A stretch of 64,000 nucleotides of DNA from Candidatus Micrarchaeota archaeon (GCA_026413965.1 JAOAJY010000003.1:27727-91726), one strand, 5' to 3'. Positions 36,188 to 46,247 are shown, counted from the first letter of the stretch. A program made the numbers and translations. Notes: a model not told the origin generated them from the letters alone.

Positions 36188-37645
36188 TTGAGGGCTGGGC
36201 TTGCTTTTGCAGCTTTGCTTTGTTTTGCAGGCTTTGGATTCGCAGGATTGCTTGAAGACTTCATGGCAAAAAGCTTTGAGCCTGGCATGGAGGTTGAGGC
36301 AAAGCAAATTGCTTCTGGCAGCCATTACATAATAATTCTGGATGGGAAAGAGGCCTATTTGTTTGACAATTCGGAGGGCAAGCCTGTTTATGACCGCAAA
36401 AGAATCATAGGCATCCTTGAGGAAGGCGAGAAAAAGGCTGCAGGCTATGAGGACAAGAAAAAATTGGCCATGAGCCTGCCTGCCGCAATCAATGCCGCCA
36501 AAAACAAGACTGAAGCCCAATGCATGCTTTTGACTGGCACAGACATGCACGAATGCAAAGACAAGCAGACCTGCGTGCTTGCCTGCATGTCCAACCCAAA
36601 CTGCGCAACGCCGCTTTATTCTGATGGATTCTGGGAGGCTTTGCTTGACTGGAGCAGCGCAAGGAAAAGATATGCGGAGCTTTTGGCAAAGTACCAAGAG
36701 GGGCTTGAGGATGCATTGGGGAAGCCTGAGGCGATTGATGAGAAGACGGCGATAGTTTCAGAGCTTCAAAAAATTGCCCAAAACATTTCCCAAAACCCGC
36801 TTTTTTTGAACAGGACGGATGAGGGATGCAGCGGCGCAAAAGTGGCAAGAAGGTGCTATGAGTACTGCCCAAAAATAGACTATTCTGCTTCAAGGCTGCA
36901 GGAAGGGAAAAAGAGCTTGGAGGCAATCAAGGAAATTTTGCTTTCTGCCCAAAAGCAGGCAGAAAGGGCAGATGCCATCCTCAGCCAGAGCGCCAAGCAT
37001 GACGAATACCTAGCAAGGCGCATGAAAGATTTTGCTGAGCTTAGGGTGAAGCTGGCAAACAGTGTAAGAAAAGCCAATATGACATCAAAAGAGCTTGCTT
37101 TGAAGGTGAAAGATGAGGAAGTGGCTCCTGCTTTGAAGGACCTTGAAAATTACACAGCCAAAGTCATTGAAGCTGGGGATTCTGGGAGATACCGCCAGGC
37201 TTTCAGGATGGCTGAGGAGCAGCAGAGAAAATATGACGAGCTTAGCCGAAAGATGCAAGCCGGCTTGGAGAAGCACCAGCAGGCAATTGAGAGGATAGAT
37301 AAGGCGTCTGAAAAAATCAAAAAGAGCAGCTGGCTGCTTGGGAATGAAACTTCCTCTGAGCAGCTGGCAAAGCTTGAAGCCATGAGGCAAGAGCTTCTTT
37401 CTGCCCCTGCAACCTTGCAGAAGATAGCCGAGCTTGATGCGAAAGCAGCGCAGATAGAAAATGAAGTGAACTTGGCCATTTCCCAGAAGGCAACTGAGAT
37501 AGCTTCAGGAAACGAGTCCCTGCCGCCAGAGGCATTGAAAGAAGTTGCCTCAAGGCAGTTGGCAAAAGGCGGCGGGCTTCCCTGCCTTCCTGCAATCGCG
37601 CTGGCCGCAGTGGCCCTTGTGGCTTTTGCTTCAAGAAAGGATTAG
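36188..37645 (+). CDS. Secreted coiled-coil surface protein with Cys clusters and a CLP C-terminal anchor
   Basis: GAGGTGA RBS with TTG start, signal peptide, long coiled coil, GGGLPCLPAIALAAVALVAFASRKD terminus. Confidence 0.8.
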   Translation: MRAGLAFAALLCFAGFGFAGLLEDFMAKSFEPGMEVEAKQIASGSHYIIILDGKEAYLFDNSEGKPVYDRKRIIGILEEGEKKAAGYEDKKKLAMSLPAAINAAKNKTEAQCMLLTGTDMHECKDKQTCVLACMSNPNCATPLYSDGFWEALLDWSSARKRYAELLAKYQEGLEDALGKPEAIDEKTAIVSELQKIAQNISQNPLFLNRTDEGCSGAKVARRCYEYCPKIDYSASRLQEGKKSLEAIKEILLSAQKQAERADAILSQSAKHDEYLARRMKDFAELRVKLANSVRKANMTSKELALKVKDEEVAPALKDLENYTAKVIEAGDSGRYRQAFRMAEEQQRKYDELSRKMQAGLEKHQQAIERIDKASEKIKKSSWLLGNETSSEQLAKLEAMRQELLSAPATLQKIAELDAKAAQIENEVNLAISQKATEIASGNESLPPEALKEVASRQLAKGGGLPCLPAIALAAVALVAFASRKD

Positions 37646-37699
37646 CTGAAGGCAAGCGTTTAAATAAAGTTGCCCCAATACGAATTGGAGGTAATTTTG

Positions 37700-37957
37700 A
37701 TGAAGGGAAGGCTCGCCAGCTACCGCAGAGGAGTGCACACAGAATACACTAACCAGTACATAGTGCAGGTTGATGGGGTCAAAGACAGAAGCAGCGCGAA
37801 TGGGATAATCGGGAAAAGGGTTGTTTGGAAAACGCCCACCGGCAAGGAGATAGTGGGGAAGGTTTCAAAAGCCCACGGAAATTCCGGGGCAGTGCTGGTC
37901 AGGTTTGAGAAAGGGCTTCCAGGGCAGGCTATAGGGACTGAGGTGGAGATAGCCTAA
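37700..37957 (+). CDS. rpl35ae: 50S ribosomal protein L35Ae
   Basis: SYRRG.HT, GKRVVW, HGNSGAVLVRF..GLPGQAIG. Confidence 0.95.
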   Translation: MKGRLASYRRGVHTEYTNQYIVQVDGVKDRSSANGIIGKRVVWKTPTGKEIVGKVSKAHGNSGAVLVRFEKGLPGQAIGTEVEIA

Positions 37958-37972
37958 GCTTGGGCGAAAAGA

Positions 37973-38368
37973 ATGGAATACCGCTTCATTGAGCATACTG
38001 CTGACTTGATGTTTGAGGCTTATGGAAAGGATTACCCTGAGGCTTTGGAGAATGCCGCCAAGGCTCTGTTTTCGGTGATTGGAAGCGCAAAAGCCTCTGA
38101 GAAGGCGGAAATCACGGTCTCTGCGCACAGCCTTGAGGAGCTCACTGTGCAAATCCTTGCGGACCTGCTTGCCTATTCAGACATACATGAGATGGTTTTC
38201 TCAAAGTTCAAAGTGGCAGAGTTTGACGAGAAAGAAAACAGGGCCACAATTTTTGCTTGGGGAGAAAAAAGAAGGCCCAAAGACTCAGTCAAGGCTGTGA
38301 CTTATCACGAGCTTCTTGTGAAAAAAGACTCCAAGGGCTGGGTGATAAGGGTGCTTTTGGACGTCTAG
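37973..38368 (+). CDS. Archease (RtcB activator)
   Basis: EHTAD, VKAVTYH, terminal LDV. Confidence 0.95.
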   Translation: MEYRFIEHTADLMFEAYGKDYPEALENAAKALFSVIGSAKASEKAEITVSAHSLEELTVQILADLLAYSDIHEMVFSKFKVAEFDEKENRATIFAWGEKRRPKDSVKAVTYHELLVKKDSKGWVIRVLLDV

Positions 38369-38745
38369 CGCTTGTTTTTGCCTTTCCCGTCATCCTCAAA
38401 AGGCAGCTTGACATAATAGACTCCCTCCTCGTCTTTGAGGACCACGGGATTTTTTGACAGGCTGTTGACATCCACGCAAAAGATGCCTTCCGAGACTATC
38501 TTTATGTTCTCAACATCCTCGCTTGAAAAAACTGCCCTGGCAAAATACGACTCCGGAGGCTTCCCCTTGAAGCTTATTTCGTAGGAAGAGCCTGGCTGGC
38601 CTTGGCTTTCTTCCTCCTGCCCGCCTATTTGCGAAGCTGCCTTTTCCTTATTGAAGACAAATACTTTTGAGCCGCATGGGCAGCCTTCGTGTATCTCTTG
38701 GATGCTTTTGGCTTGCTTTCCGCAGCGGACGCATGTGTGCACCAT
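38365..38745 (-). CDS. oapC: Zn-ribbon protein DUF2072 (OapC-like)
   Basis: HTCVRCG, GCPCGSKVF, VENIKI..EG, EGVYY. Confidence 0.82.
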   Translation of the reverse strand: MVHTCVRCGKQAKSIQEIHEGCPCGSKVFVFNKEKAASQIGGQEEESQGQPGSSYEISFKGKPPESYFARAVFSSEDVENIKIVSEGIFCVDVNSLSKNPVVLKDEEGVYYVKLPFEDDGKGKNKR

Positions 38746-38752
38746 CCCACCT

Positions 38753-39379
38753 TCAGGAGAGCTTTTTGGCTATTTCCTTATACAGGCTTTCTATGTTCTC
38801 GCCGGTCATGGCAGAAACCTGCACAAAATCATATCCTGGGAATGCCTCTTTGACCCTTCGGATGTTCGCAGTGGGAAGGTCTATTTTGTTTGCGACAAGG
38901 ATTATGGGTATTTGCCTGGCTTCTATATTCCCAAGGATTGTTATGTTGACTTGGGTATATGGGTCTTCTGTGGCATCCACCATGAAAAGGGCAGCGTCAA
39001 TCTTGTCCAAATTCCGGACTGCCTCCACCACTCCGCGAGTTGCCTCGCGTGCGCGCTTTTGCGCCTCCTCTTTTGACAGCCCATACTCCAGGAAATCGCG
39101 GTAATCAACCTTGACTGCGATTCCAGGCATGTCAAGGAGGCTCATGGTTAGCTTGCAGCCATGCAGATTCAAAACAAGGTTTTCCTTTTTCTGCACATTC
39201 CTGGTCTCATGCGGCACTGGGCTGACTGCGCCCATCGGCTCCCCCACCAAATCAACGCATATCCTGTTTGCAAGCGTAGTTTTGCCGACGTTTGGGCTTC
39301 CGTAAATGCCTATGCGGACCTCCTTTCTTTTTGAGAATATGCCCTTAAGCCAGCTTATTATCTTTTTGAGCATACGCAT
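38753..39379 (-). CDS. oapA: Era-like GTP-binding protein (OapA-like)
   Basis: IGIYGSPNVGKTTLAN, PHETR, DMPG, RAREATRGV, DPYTQVN, NKID. Confidence 0.9.
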   Translation of the reverse strand: MRMLKKIISWLKGIFSKRKEVRIGIYGSPNVGKTTLANRICVDLVGEPMGAVSPVPHETRNVQKKENLVLNLHGCKLTMSLLDMPGIAVKVDYRDFLEYGLSKEEAQKRAREATRGVVEAVRNLDKIDAALFMVDATEDPYTQVNITILGNIEARQIPIILVANKIDLPTANIRRVKEAFPGYDFVQVSAMTGENIESLYKEIAKKLS

Positions 39380-39397
39380 GCGATTGCCTCTTAAAAA

Positions 39398-40573
39398 TTA
39401 TAAAGCAGATTGCATGCCTGGCTTGATTTCTCCTCTTGCAAACATCCCGACCACTTTTGGCAGCCCGACATGCTCTCTCTGCAGTATCTTGGAGGCGACC
39501 TCCTCAGCGGACTTGCAGTCCGATATATCCACTTTCTCCTGGTAAATTATCGGGCCGCCATCAAGCGTCTCATCCACAAAATGTATGGTGTAGCCTGAAA
39601 CTTTTTCGCCTGCCTCAAAAGCGTCCCTTTGGGCATGCGCTCCAGGATATTTTGGAAGAAGGGATGGGTGGATGTTTATGATTTTGCCCCTGTAGGCAGA
39701 AAGCAGCTCTCGGCTTTTTATTATCTTCATATACCCTGCAAGGACCACAAGGTCGGGCTTGAGGGAATCCAGAGTGGCTTTTATCTTATCATCCAGCTCC
39801 TCCCGCGAGGAATAGCTGATGGCAAAATAGGGTATGCCTGCATCCTGCGCCCTCTTTATTGCCATGGCCGCAGGGTTGTCGGTTATCAGCCCCACTATCT
39901 CCACTCCCGCAAGCTCGCCTCTTGCTTTTGCGTCAATTATTGACTGGAAATCCGAGCCCCTGCCTGAAGCCAAGACTGCCACGCGGAACGGCATGCTCTC
40001 CTTTTTTTCGCCAGAGCAAAAAATGGTTTCGCTTTCTGTGACAATCAAGTCAACAGCAATATCGTGCGGCTCGTTTGGGATTTGCCGAACTATCTGCATC
40101 TGGTAAGCCAACCCGACTTTGACCGCCTTCATCTTGGAGAGCAAGGAATCGTAGTAGCCCATCCCATATCCTATCCTGTGCCCTCTCCTGTCAAAGGATA
40201 TTCCAGGCACGACGGCCAAATCCACTTGGGAGGGCATTATGCGCCTGTCAGCAGCCCGCGGAGGCTCAAGAATGCCAAATGCCCCTTCAGAAAGCTCCTC
40301 AATTGATTTCAGCTCGTATATCTCAAGCTCCTTTTTTTCCTTTATGGTGACTGGAAGCCCCACTTTTTTCCCAAGCGACAAGGCGCTTTGTATTATTCCG
40401 TCGGTGTGGACCTCGCTTCCTTTTGAGGCATAAAGAAGGACGCATTTTGCTGAGATGAATTCAGGAAGGCGCAGGAACCTGTCCATTATCGCAATGCAGT
40501 GCACGTGCCCACCGCTGGAATGGTGGCGCTCCCTCAAAGAAAGCATCTGGTTGCGCAGTTTCTCCTTCATCAA
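39398..40573 (-). CDS. purN: Fusion of 5-formyltetrahydrofolate cyclo-ligase and phosphoribosylglycinamide formyltransferase
   Basis: N-terminal VPGISFD..GHRIGYGMGYYD and EPHD; C-terminal ASGRGS, LAGYMKI, NIHPSLLP, HFVDETLDGGPII. Confidence 0.9.
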   Translation of the reverse strand: MMKEKLRNQMLSLRERHHSSGGHVHCIAIMDRFLRLPEFISAKCVLLYASKGSEVHTDGIIQSALSLGKKVGLPVTIKEKKELEIYELKSIEELSEGAFGILEPPRAADRRIMPSQVDLAVVPGISFDRRGHRIGYGMGYYDSLLSKMKAVKVGLAYQMQIVRQIPNEPHDIAVDLIVTESETIFCSGEKKESMPFRVAVLASGRGSDFQSIIDAKARGELAGVEIVGLITDNPAAMAIKRAQDAGIPYFAISYSSREELDDKIKATLDSLKPDLVVLAGYMKIIKSRELLSAYRGKIINIHPSLLPKYPGAHAQRDAFEAGEKVSGYTIHFVDETLDGGPIIYQEKVDISDCKSAEEVASKILQREHVGLPKVVGMFARGEIKPGMQSAL

Positions 40574-40580
40574 ATCACCA

Positions 40581-41858
40581 TCATTGCGACAGCCTTATCT
40601 TCTCTTTCCCAAAAAGCTCGCCCAAAAGATATATGGAGCCTGCCACAACCACCAAGCCCTGCTTTCCTGCGATTTTTTTGGCTTGGGAGAATGCAAGCCG
40701 AGCTTGGCGAATCATCCTTATTGAAGAGAAGTGCGGCTGGGCTTTGGAAAAAAGGGATGGCAGGCTCGCGGAGCGGGCAACCGAGACTTCGCATAAGACA
40801 AGGCTGGAGAAATGCGGGGAGAGAATCCGCAAGGCTTCCCCATAGTCCTTGTCAGACATTGCGGAAAAAAGAAGCACTTTTTTTCCAAAAGGCAGCTTTT
40901 GCACCTCTTTCGCAAGCGCAGAGGCAGCCTCTGGATTGTGCGCGCAGTCTGCAATCACAAAGGGATTTTTGGAGACTTCCTGAAGCCTGAACTTAGGGCG
41001 GCATTTCGACAAGCCTTCCTCTATTGCCCTCTTTGGCGCGCCCAACAAGGCGGCAGCGGCAAGCGCAGCGCACGCGTTGCTTATCTGGAAATCCCCAGGC
41101 GCGGAAAGAGAAATCCTGTAGGCCTTGCCTCTGAATGATGCGGAAAATGAGCTTTGCAGGCCTTTTTTGGAAAGGCTGAGCAATTCGACTTCTTGGTCAG
41201 CAAACAAAGGGAGCGCGCCAATCTTTGCGCATTCTTTGCGAACCGCCTCTTTTGCCTCATCTGAGAGAAACCCGCACACCAGGGGCTTGCCTTTCCTTGC
41301 CACTCCGCATTTTTCATGCGCAATAGAGCCGATGGTCTTGCCCAAAATATCAGTGTGCTCAAGGGAAATTGAGGTTAGAGCCGAAAGGCAAGGCTCGCAG
41401 GCATTTGTGGCATCCAGCCTGCCTCCAAGCCCAACCTCCAAAACAGCATAGTCCACCTTCCTGCTTTTGAAAATCAGGAAAGCCATGGCTGTCACCACCT
41501 CGAAGAAAGTGGCATGGATGCCGTTTTTCCTGCACGCCTCCTCAACTTTGGCGTAGGCGAAAGCGATTTCCCTTTTTGAGGCGTTTTTCCCATTTATCCT
41601 GAACCTTTCTTGGAACTGCTGGATTTGCGGGGAGAAGTAAGTCCCCACTCTCAGCCCGCTTGAAGAGAGGCATGAGCCTATAAATTCCGTGGTTGAGCCT
41701 TTCCCATTGCTCCCTGCCACAAGGACACATCGGTAGCTTTTTTGAGGGTCTCCAAGAGCTGAAAGCAATGCTGAGATTCTCTCAAGCCCAAGCCTCATCC
41801 CGAATTTCTCAAGCGAATAGATTCGCCTGATGGCTTTTGCGTAAGGAATAGTCCCCAA
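40581..41858 (-). CDS. folC: Folylpolyglutamate synthase / dihydrofolate synthase
   Basis: VAGSNGKGS, TFFE, EVGLGGRLDATN, DCAHNP, GSIYL. Confidence 0.95.
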   Translation of the reverse strand: MGTIPYAKAIRRIYSLEKFGMRLGLERISALLSALGDPQKSYRCVLVAGSNGKGSTTEFIGSCLSSSGLRVGTYFSPQIQQFQERFRINGKNASKREIAFAYAKVEEACRKNGIHATFFEVVTAMAFLIFKSRKVDYAVLEVGLGGRLDATNACEPCLSALTSISLEHTDILGKTIGSIAHEKCGVARKGKPLVCGFLSDEAKEAVRKECAKIGALPLFADQEVELLSLSKKGLQSSFSASFRGKAYRISLSAPGDFQISNACAALAAAALLGAPKRAIEEGLSKCRPKFRLQEVSKNPFVIADCAHNPEAASALAKEVQKLPFGKKVLLFSAMSDKDYGEALRILSPHFSSLVLCEVSVARSASLPSLFSKAQPHFSSIRMIRQARLAFSQAKKIAGKQGLVVVAGSIYLLGELFGKEKIRLSQ

Positions 41859-41862
41859 GCCC

Positions 41863-42714
41863 TCACCTGCGGCGCATTAGGTAGCACTTTATGGTGTTTT
41901 GGATGAGCATGGCGCGAGTCATGGGCCCCACTCCCCCCGGGACAGGAGTTATGAGCGAAGCCTTTTTTGACACAGGCCCAAAATCCACATCTCCCACCAG
42001 CTTTTCGCCCTCGCGGTTTATGCCTATGTCCACCACCACAGCGCCCTTCTTGACCATGTCTGCTGTGAGAGTTTTTGGCTTGCCCACTGCAACGCAAATT
42101 ATGTCAGCTCTTTTTGTGTGGGAAGGCAGATCGCGTGTCTTGCTGTGGCAAATAGTCACGGTGCAGCTCTCATTGAGGAGAAGGAAAGCAAGCGGCTTTC
42201 CCACTATCCTGCTTCTTCCCACCACCACTGCGTGCTTTCCTGCAAGAGAAATGCCGCTTTCCTTAAGGAGGCGGACAACGCCGGCAGGGGTGCAGGGGAG
42301 CAGCTGCCCGATGCCAAGCGCAGCCTGCCCGAAATTTTGAGGATGGAACCCGTCCACGTCTTTTTCTGGGGAGATTGCGCCCAAAATCTCCTCTTCGTCA
42401 ATTGAGGCTGGAAGGGGAAGCTGGACCAATATTGCGTCAACTGAGCCATCTTCGTTCAGCTTTTTCAGCTCGCCCAATATTCTATCTTTTGAGGATGAGG
42501 CAGGGAGCCTTGCGACCCTTGACAAGATGCCCACTTTCGCGCAGTCCTCAATCTTCTTGTTCGTGTAAAGCACTGAGGCAGGATTGTCGCCCACCAATAG
42601 TATGGCAAGGCATGGCTTGGGGGAAAAACCTTCAACCTGCCGCTTTGCCTCCGCAAGAATCTTTCCTGCAATCCTGCTCCCGTCTATTATTTCGCACCCC
42701 ATCGCATCATCCAA
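41863..42714 (-). CDS. folD: Methylene-THF dehydrogenase/cyclohydrolase
   Basis: [40 protein letters not shown]. Confidence 0.97.
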   Translation of the reverse strand: MDDAMGCEIIDGSRIAGKILAEAKRQVEGFSPKPCLAILLVGDNPASVLYTNKKIEDCAKVGILSRVARLPASSSKDRILGELKKLNEDGSVDAILVQLPLPASIDEEEILGAISPEKDVDGFHPQNFGQAALGIGQLLPCTPAGVVRLLKESGISLAGKHAVVVGRSRIVGKPLAFLLLNESCTVTICHSKTRDLPSHTKRADIICVAVGKPKTLTADMVKKGAVVVDIGINREGEKLVGDVDFGPVSKKASLITPVPGGVGPMTRAMLIQNTIKCYLMRRR

Positions 42715-43957
42715 GCTCCGGATAGAGAGGAAACTGCGAAGCCAGCTGCCGCACCTCCTCTTTTATTTTCTCTTTGAGCCGCAAGTCTGTTGGATTTGCG
42801 CAGATTGCCTTTATCATTTTGCCTATATGCCTCATTTCCGACTTGCCCATGCCCCTTGTGGTCAAGGCAGGAGTCCCCAGCCTTATGCCAGAAGTCACGA
42901 ATGGAGACTGGGTGTCATAGGGTATGGTGTTTTTGTTCACCGTTATGCCGACCTCATCAAGCGCAAGCTGCGCCTCCTTTCCTGTGATTTTCATGCCTGA
43001 CAAATCCACAAGGACAAGATGGGTGTCTGTGCCTCCTGAGACCAGCGCCATGCCCTCTGAAAGAAGCGAGTCTGCCAAAGCCTTTGCGTTCTCCACGACC
43101 TTTTTGGCGTATTCTGAAAACTCAGGCTGCAGCGCTTCTTTGAAGCAGACTGCTTTTGCCGCAATCACATGGTCAAATGGTCCCCCCTGCATCCCAGGAA
43201 AGACAGACTTGTCAATCATCTGCTGGTATTCCTGCTTGCACAAGATTATCGCTCCGCGCGGCCCCCTCAGCGTCTTGTGGGTGGTGGAGGTCACAACATC
43301 AGCATGTGGGAATGGCTGCGGATGGGCTCCGCCTGCAATCAGCCCGGCTATGTGCGCCATGTCCACCATAAGATATGAATCAGAAGCCTCCGCTATCTCG
43401 GCAAAGCGCTTGAAATCCACCTGGCGGGGATAGGCGGTGAAGCCTGCCACGATAAGCTGGGGCTTTTCCTCTTTCGCCTGCTTCTCAATCGCGTCATAAT
43501 CGATAAGGTGGGTTTTTGGATGGACGTTGTAGGGGACCACTTTGAAAAGCCGTCCTGAAAAATTCACCGGGCTTCCGTGCGTCAGATGCCCTCCGTGGGA
43601 GAGGTTCAGCCCCATTATTTTGTCGCCTGGCTGAAGAAGGGCGAAGTAAGCCGCCATGTTTGCCTGCGAGCCTGAATGGGGCTGCACATTGGCATGCTCA
43701 GCGTGGAAAAGCTTCTTTGCCCTCTCAATCGCAAGCTCCTCGCAGCCGTCAATGAACTGGTTGCCCCCATAGTAGCGCTTCCCAGGATATCCTTCCGAGT
43801 ATTTGTTGGTGAGCACGCTCCCTTGCGCCTCCATCACAGCGAGGGAGGCGAAATTTTCAGATGGGATGAGCTCCAGCCCTTGCCTTTGCCGCTCAAGCTC
43901 CTTTCTGGCAAGCGCGTAAATTTCCGGGTCTGTGGCCTCAAGATATCCCACATCCAC
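42707..43957 (-). CDS. glyA: Serine hydroxymethyltransferase (bacterial-like)
   Basis: [40 protein letters not shown]. Confidence 0.97.
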   Translation of the reverse strand: MDVGYLEATDPEIYALARKELERQRQGLELIPSENFASLAVMEAQGSVLTNKYSEGYPGKRYYGGNQFIDGCEELAIERAKKLFHAEHANVQPHSGSQANMAAYFALLQPGDKIMGLNLSHGGHLTHGSPVNFSGRLFKVVPYNVHPKTHLIDYDAIEKQAKEEKPQLIVAGFTAYPRQVDFKRFAEIAEASDSYLMVDMAHIAGLIAGGAHPQPFPHADVVTSTTHKTLRGPRGAIILCKQEYQQMIDKSVFPGMQGGPFDHVIAAKAVCFKEALQPEFSEYAKKVVENAKALADSLLSEGMALVSGGTDTHLVLVDLSGMKITGKEAQLALDEVGITVNKNTIPYDTQSPFVTSGIRLGTPALTTRGMGKSEMRHIGKMIKAICANPTDLRLKEKIKEEVRQLASQFPLYPELG

Positions 43958-43960
43958 ACC

Positions 43961-45283
43961 TCATTCGGCTCCCACTGCCCTCTCCACTATCTCCACTGCC
44001 TCGCCTATGTAATTTTTTGGCTGGAAGAGAGAGGCGAGCTCCTCTTTGGAAATCAGGCGGGCAACCTCTGGCTTGGAAAGCAGGACATCAAAAAGCTTGC
44101 TTTTGTCCCGGAAAGCCTCCATGCTGCAGTTGCGTATCAGCTCATGGGCCTCCTGCCTCCCCATCCCTTTCTCAGTGAGGGCAATCATCACCCTTTCAGC
44201 CATTATCGCGCCGCTTGTGAGCTCCAGGTTGCGCTCTATGTTCTCAGGGAAAAACTGCAGGCCTGCGAGTATTTTGTTCATCTCCAAAAGCATATAGTCA
44301 GTCACAATGAAAGATTCCGCGAAGATGAACCTCTCGTTTGCGGAGTTGGTCAGGTCCCGCTCATGCTCAAGCGGGATGTTCTCCAACGCCACCTGAAGGT
44401 TGGAGCGGACAATTCGCGCAAGCGAGCAAACCCTTTCGCACTTGTGCGGATTTCTTTTCTGGGGCATGGTGGAGGAGCCGACCTGCTTTGAGGCGAACGG
44501 CTCTGCCACCTCCATTATCTCAGTCCTCTGCAGGTTGCGTATCTCCTTGGCTATTTTCTCAAGCGTGCAGGCTATCAGCGCAAGCGCAAAGAGGACTTGG
44601 GCATGCCTGTCCCGCTGGACCACTTGGTTGGTGACTTTGTCAGGCTTCAAGCCCAGGCTTTCCATGACTATTGACTGGATTTCGTAGCCTTTTCCCTGAA
44701 AAGTCGCCATTGTTCCTGCTGCGCCTGACATTTTCCCGACAGATATCGCCTCCTCAGCGGAATCCAGCCTCTCAAGGTGCCTCTCCACCTCGGCGAACCA
44801 CAGCGCAAACTTCATGCCATAAGTCGTGGGAACAGCATGCTGCCCGTGCGTGCGGGCAACGCAAACCAATGATTTCCTTTGCAGAGCATGCTGCTTGAGG
44901 ATGGCTTTCGCCGCAAGCAGCCTTTTTCTTATGATCTGTATGGCGCGCTTGAGGGTGAGGGCAGCGGCGGTGTCCTCTATGTCATAGGAGGTTGCCCCCA
45001 AGTGCACATATCCTCCATGCTTTCTGCATTTTTCAGAAAGCGCTCGGACCATCGCCATAAGGTCATGGTGGATTTCGGCTTCTATCTCCTCAACCCTGGC
45101 AAGCTCCACCTTGCCTGCCGCCTGCTCAATCTCCTTGGCGGCTTCAATAGGGATATTCCCAAGCTTTGCGTGGGCATACGCCAGGGCAACTTCCACTTCC
45201 AGCCACGACTTGAGCTTTGCCTGCTCATCAAAAAGCGCATTCATCTCGGTTTTGTAACGAGACTCAAGAGGCGAGACTGCCAT
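43961..45283 (-). CDS. purB: Adenylosuccinate lyase
   Basis: HLGATSYD, RTHGQHA, GSSTMPQKRNP, HERDL. Confidence 0.96.
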   Translation of the reverse strand: MAVSPLESRYKTEMNALFDEQAKLKSWLEVEVALAYAHAKLGNIPIEAAKEIEQAAGKVELARVEEIEAEIHHDLMAMVRALSEKCRKHGGYVHLGATSYDIEDTAAALTLKRAIQIIRKRLLAAKAILKQHALQRKSLVCVARTHGQHAVPTTYGMKFALWFAEVERHLERLDSAEEAISVGKMSGAAGTMATFQGKGYEIQSIVMESLGLKPDKVTNQVVQRDRHAQVLFALALIACTLEKIAKEIRNLQRTEIMEVAEPFASKQVGSSTMPQKRNPHKCERVCSLARIVRSNLQVALENIPLEHERDLTNSANERFIFAESFIVTDYMLLEMNKILAGLQFFPENIERNLELTSGAIMAERVMIALTEKGMGRQEAHELIRNCSMEAFRDKSKLFDVLLSKPEVARLISKEELASLFQPKNYIGEAVEIVERAVGAE

Positions 45284-45295
45284 GCCAACACCCTT

Positions 45296-45373
45296 TGCGG
45301 GAAGACTTTATAGGCTAAGGCTTTCTGACCTTTTGGCCTCCCGCAGCCTTCATTGGGCAGGAGAGGTTTAAAA
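45296..45373 (-). promoter_or_regulatory. TATA box plus structured 5' leader of the purB operon
   Basis: TTTTAAAC at 45366-45373; stem TGCGGGAGG/CTTCCCGCA directly followed by a GGGTG SD. Confidence 0.4.
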
Positions 45374-45398
45374 TAGTGGCTGGTTTGCCGCAAAAAAG

Positions 45399-45501
45399 TG
45401 CGGATGCCGGGATTTCCACTTTCCCGAAACATGCGCCTTGATTTGAACCCGGACCTTTGACTTGGAAGGCCAAGATACTAGCCAGGTTATACTACATCCG
45501 C
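45399..45501 (-). tRNA. tRNA-Gly(TCC) with a 29-nt T-loop intron (about 45413-45441)
   Basis: Acceptor GCGGATG/CATCCGC, anticodon loop CTTCCAA, TTCAAA-[intron]-TCCCGG with a TTCA/TGGA central helix. Confidence 0.92.
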
Positions 45502-45583
45502 ACAGATAAATAAGATGGCAGAAGGCTTTTTATTTGTACAAGCTCGGCGATGGATTATAATGTTTGCTTGCAAATTCATGGGC

Positions 45584-46009
45584 ATGGCTTGGAAAATGGA
45601 TGAGATTGACCGCAAGATAATAGAGCTTCTGCGCGAAAATTCCGCCCAAGCCAACGCAAAGATAGGGAAAAAGGTTGGGCTTTCAGAGCCTGCCACAAGA
45701 AGAAGGATAGGGAACCTTGTCAAGCACGGAATCATACAGCGCTTCACCATAGATGTCAATGAAAGCGGCGGGGTGCAGGCGCTCGTGTTCATCTCCACCT
45801 CATCCCACACCCCATCAGAAAAAGTCGCAAGGCAGCTTGCGAAGGAGGCAGGCGTCGGATTCATTTGGGAAACTTCTGGGGACATGGACATTGCCATAAC
45901 TTTGTCTGCGCCGGACATGGGAACGCTGAACCAAAGGCTGGACAAAATAAGGCTGATTGAGGCCATCAAAAAAACCAAGACCTTTCTTGTGATGAAAAAA
46001 TGGCGCTAG
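45584..46009 (+). CDS. Lrp/AsnC family transcriptional regulator (LysM-like)
   Basis: MDEIDRKII, GLSE...RRRI..L...GIIQRFT HTH; WETSGDMDI effector domain. Confidence 0.9.
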   Translation: MAWKMDEIDRKIIELLRENSAQANAKIGKKVGLSEPATRRRIGNLVKHGIIQRFTIDVNESGGVQALVFISTSSHTPSEKVARQLAKEAGVGFIWETSGDMDIAITLSAPDMGTLNQRLDKIRLIEAIKKTKTFLVMKKWR

Positions 46010-46243
46010 TCAAATGGAGTGCGAATCCGGCTGCCGTTCCTTGATTGGATTTTCAGCCAAGACTTTTTCTTTGACCATCCGCCTTATTTGGTAATCCACT
46101 GCGCCAGCAGACCAGCCTTTCTTCAAGCCTATGCGCTCCGCTATTTGAGAGTCTGCAGCCCTGCCTTGCAGGAAACTCCTTGCCCTGGCTATGAACTCCA
46201 AATCCTCCCTTGTGAATTTTCCGCTTGTTGCCTGAGCAGGCAT
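46010..46243 (-). CDS. Small putative winged-HTH protein
   Basis: GGAGGTGA RBS; SQIAERIG...WS..AVDYQIRRMVKEKVL. Confidence 0.65.
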   Translation of the reverse strand: MPAQATSGKFTREDLEFIARARSFLQGRAADSQIAERIGLKKGWSAGAVDYQIRRMVKEKVLAENPIKERQPDSHSI

Positions 46244-46247
46244 CAGC

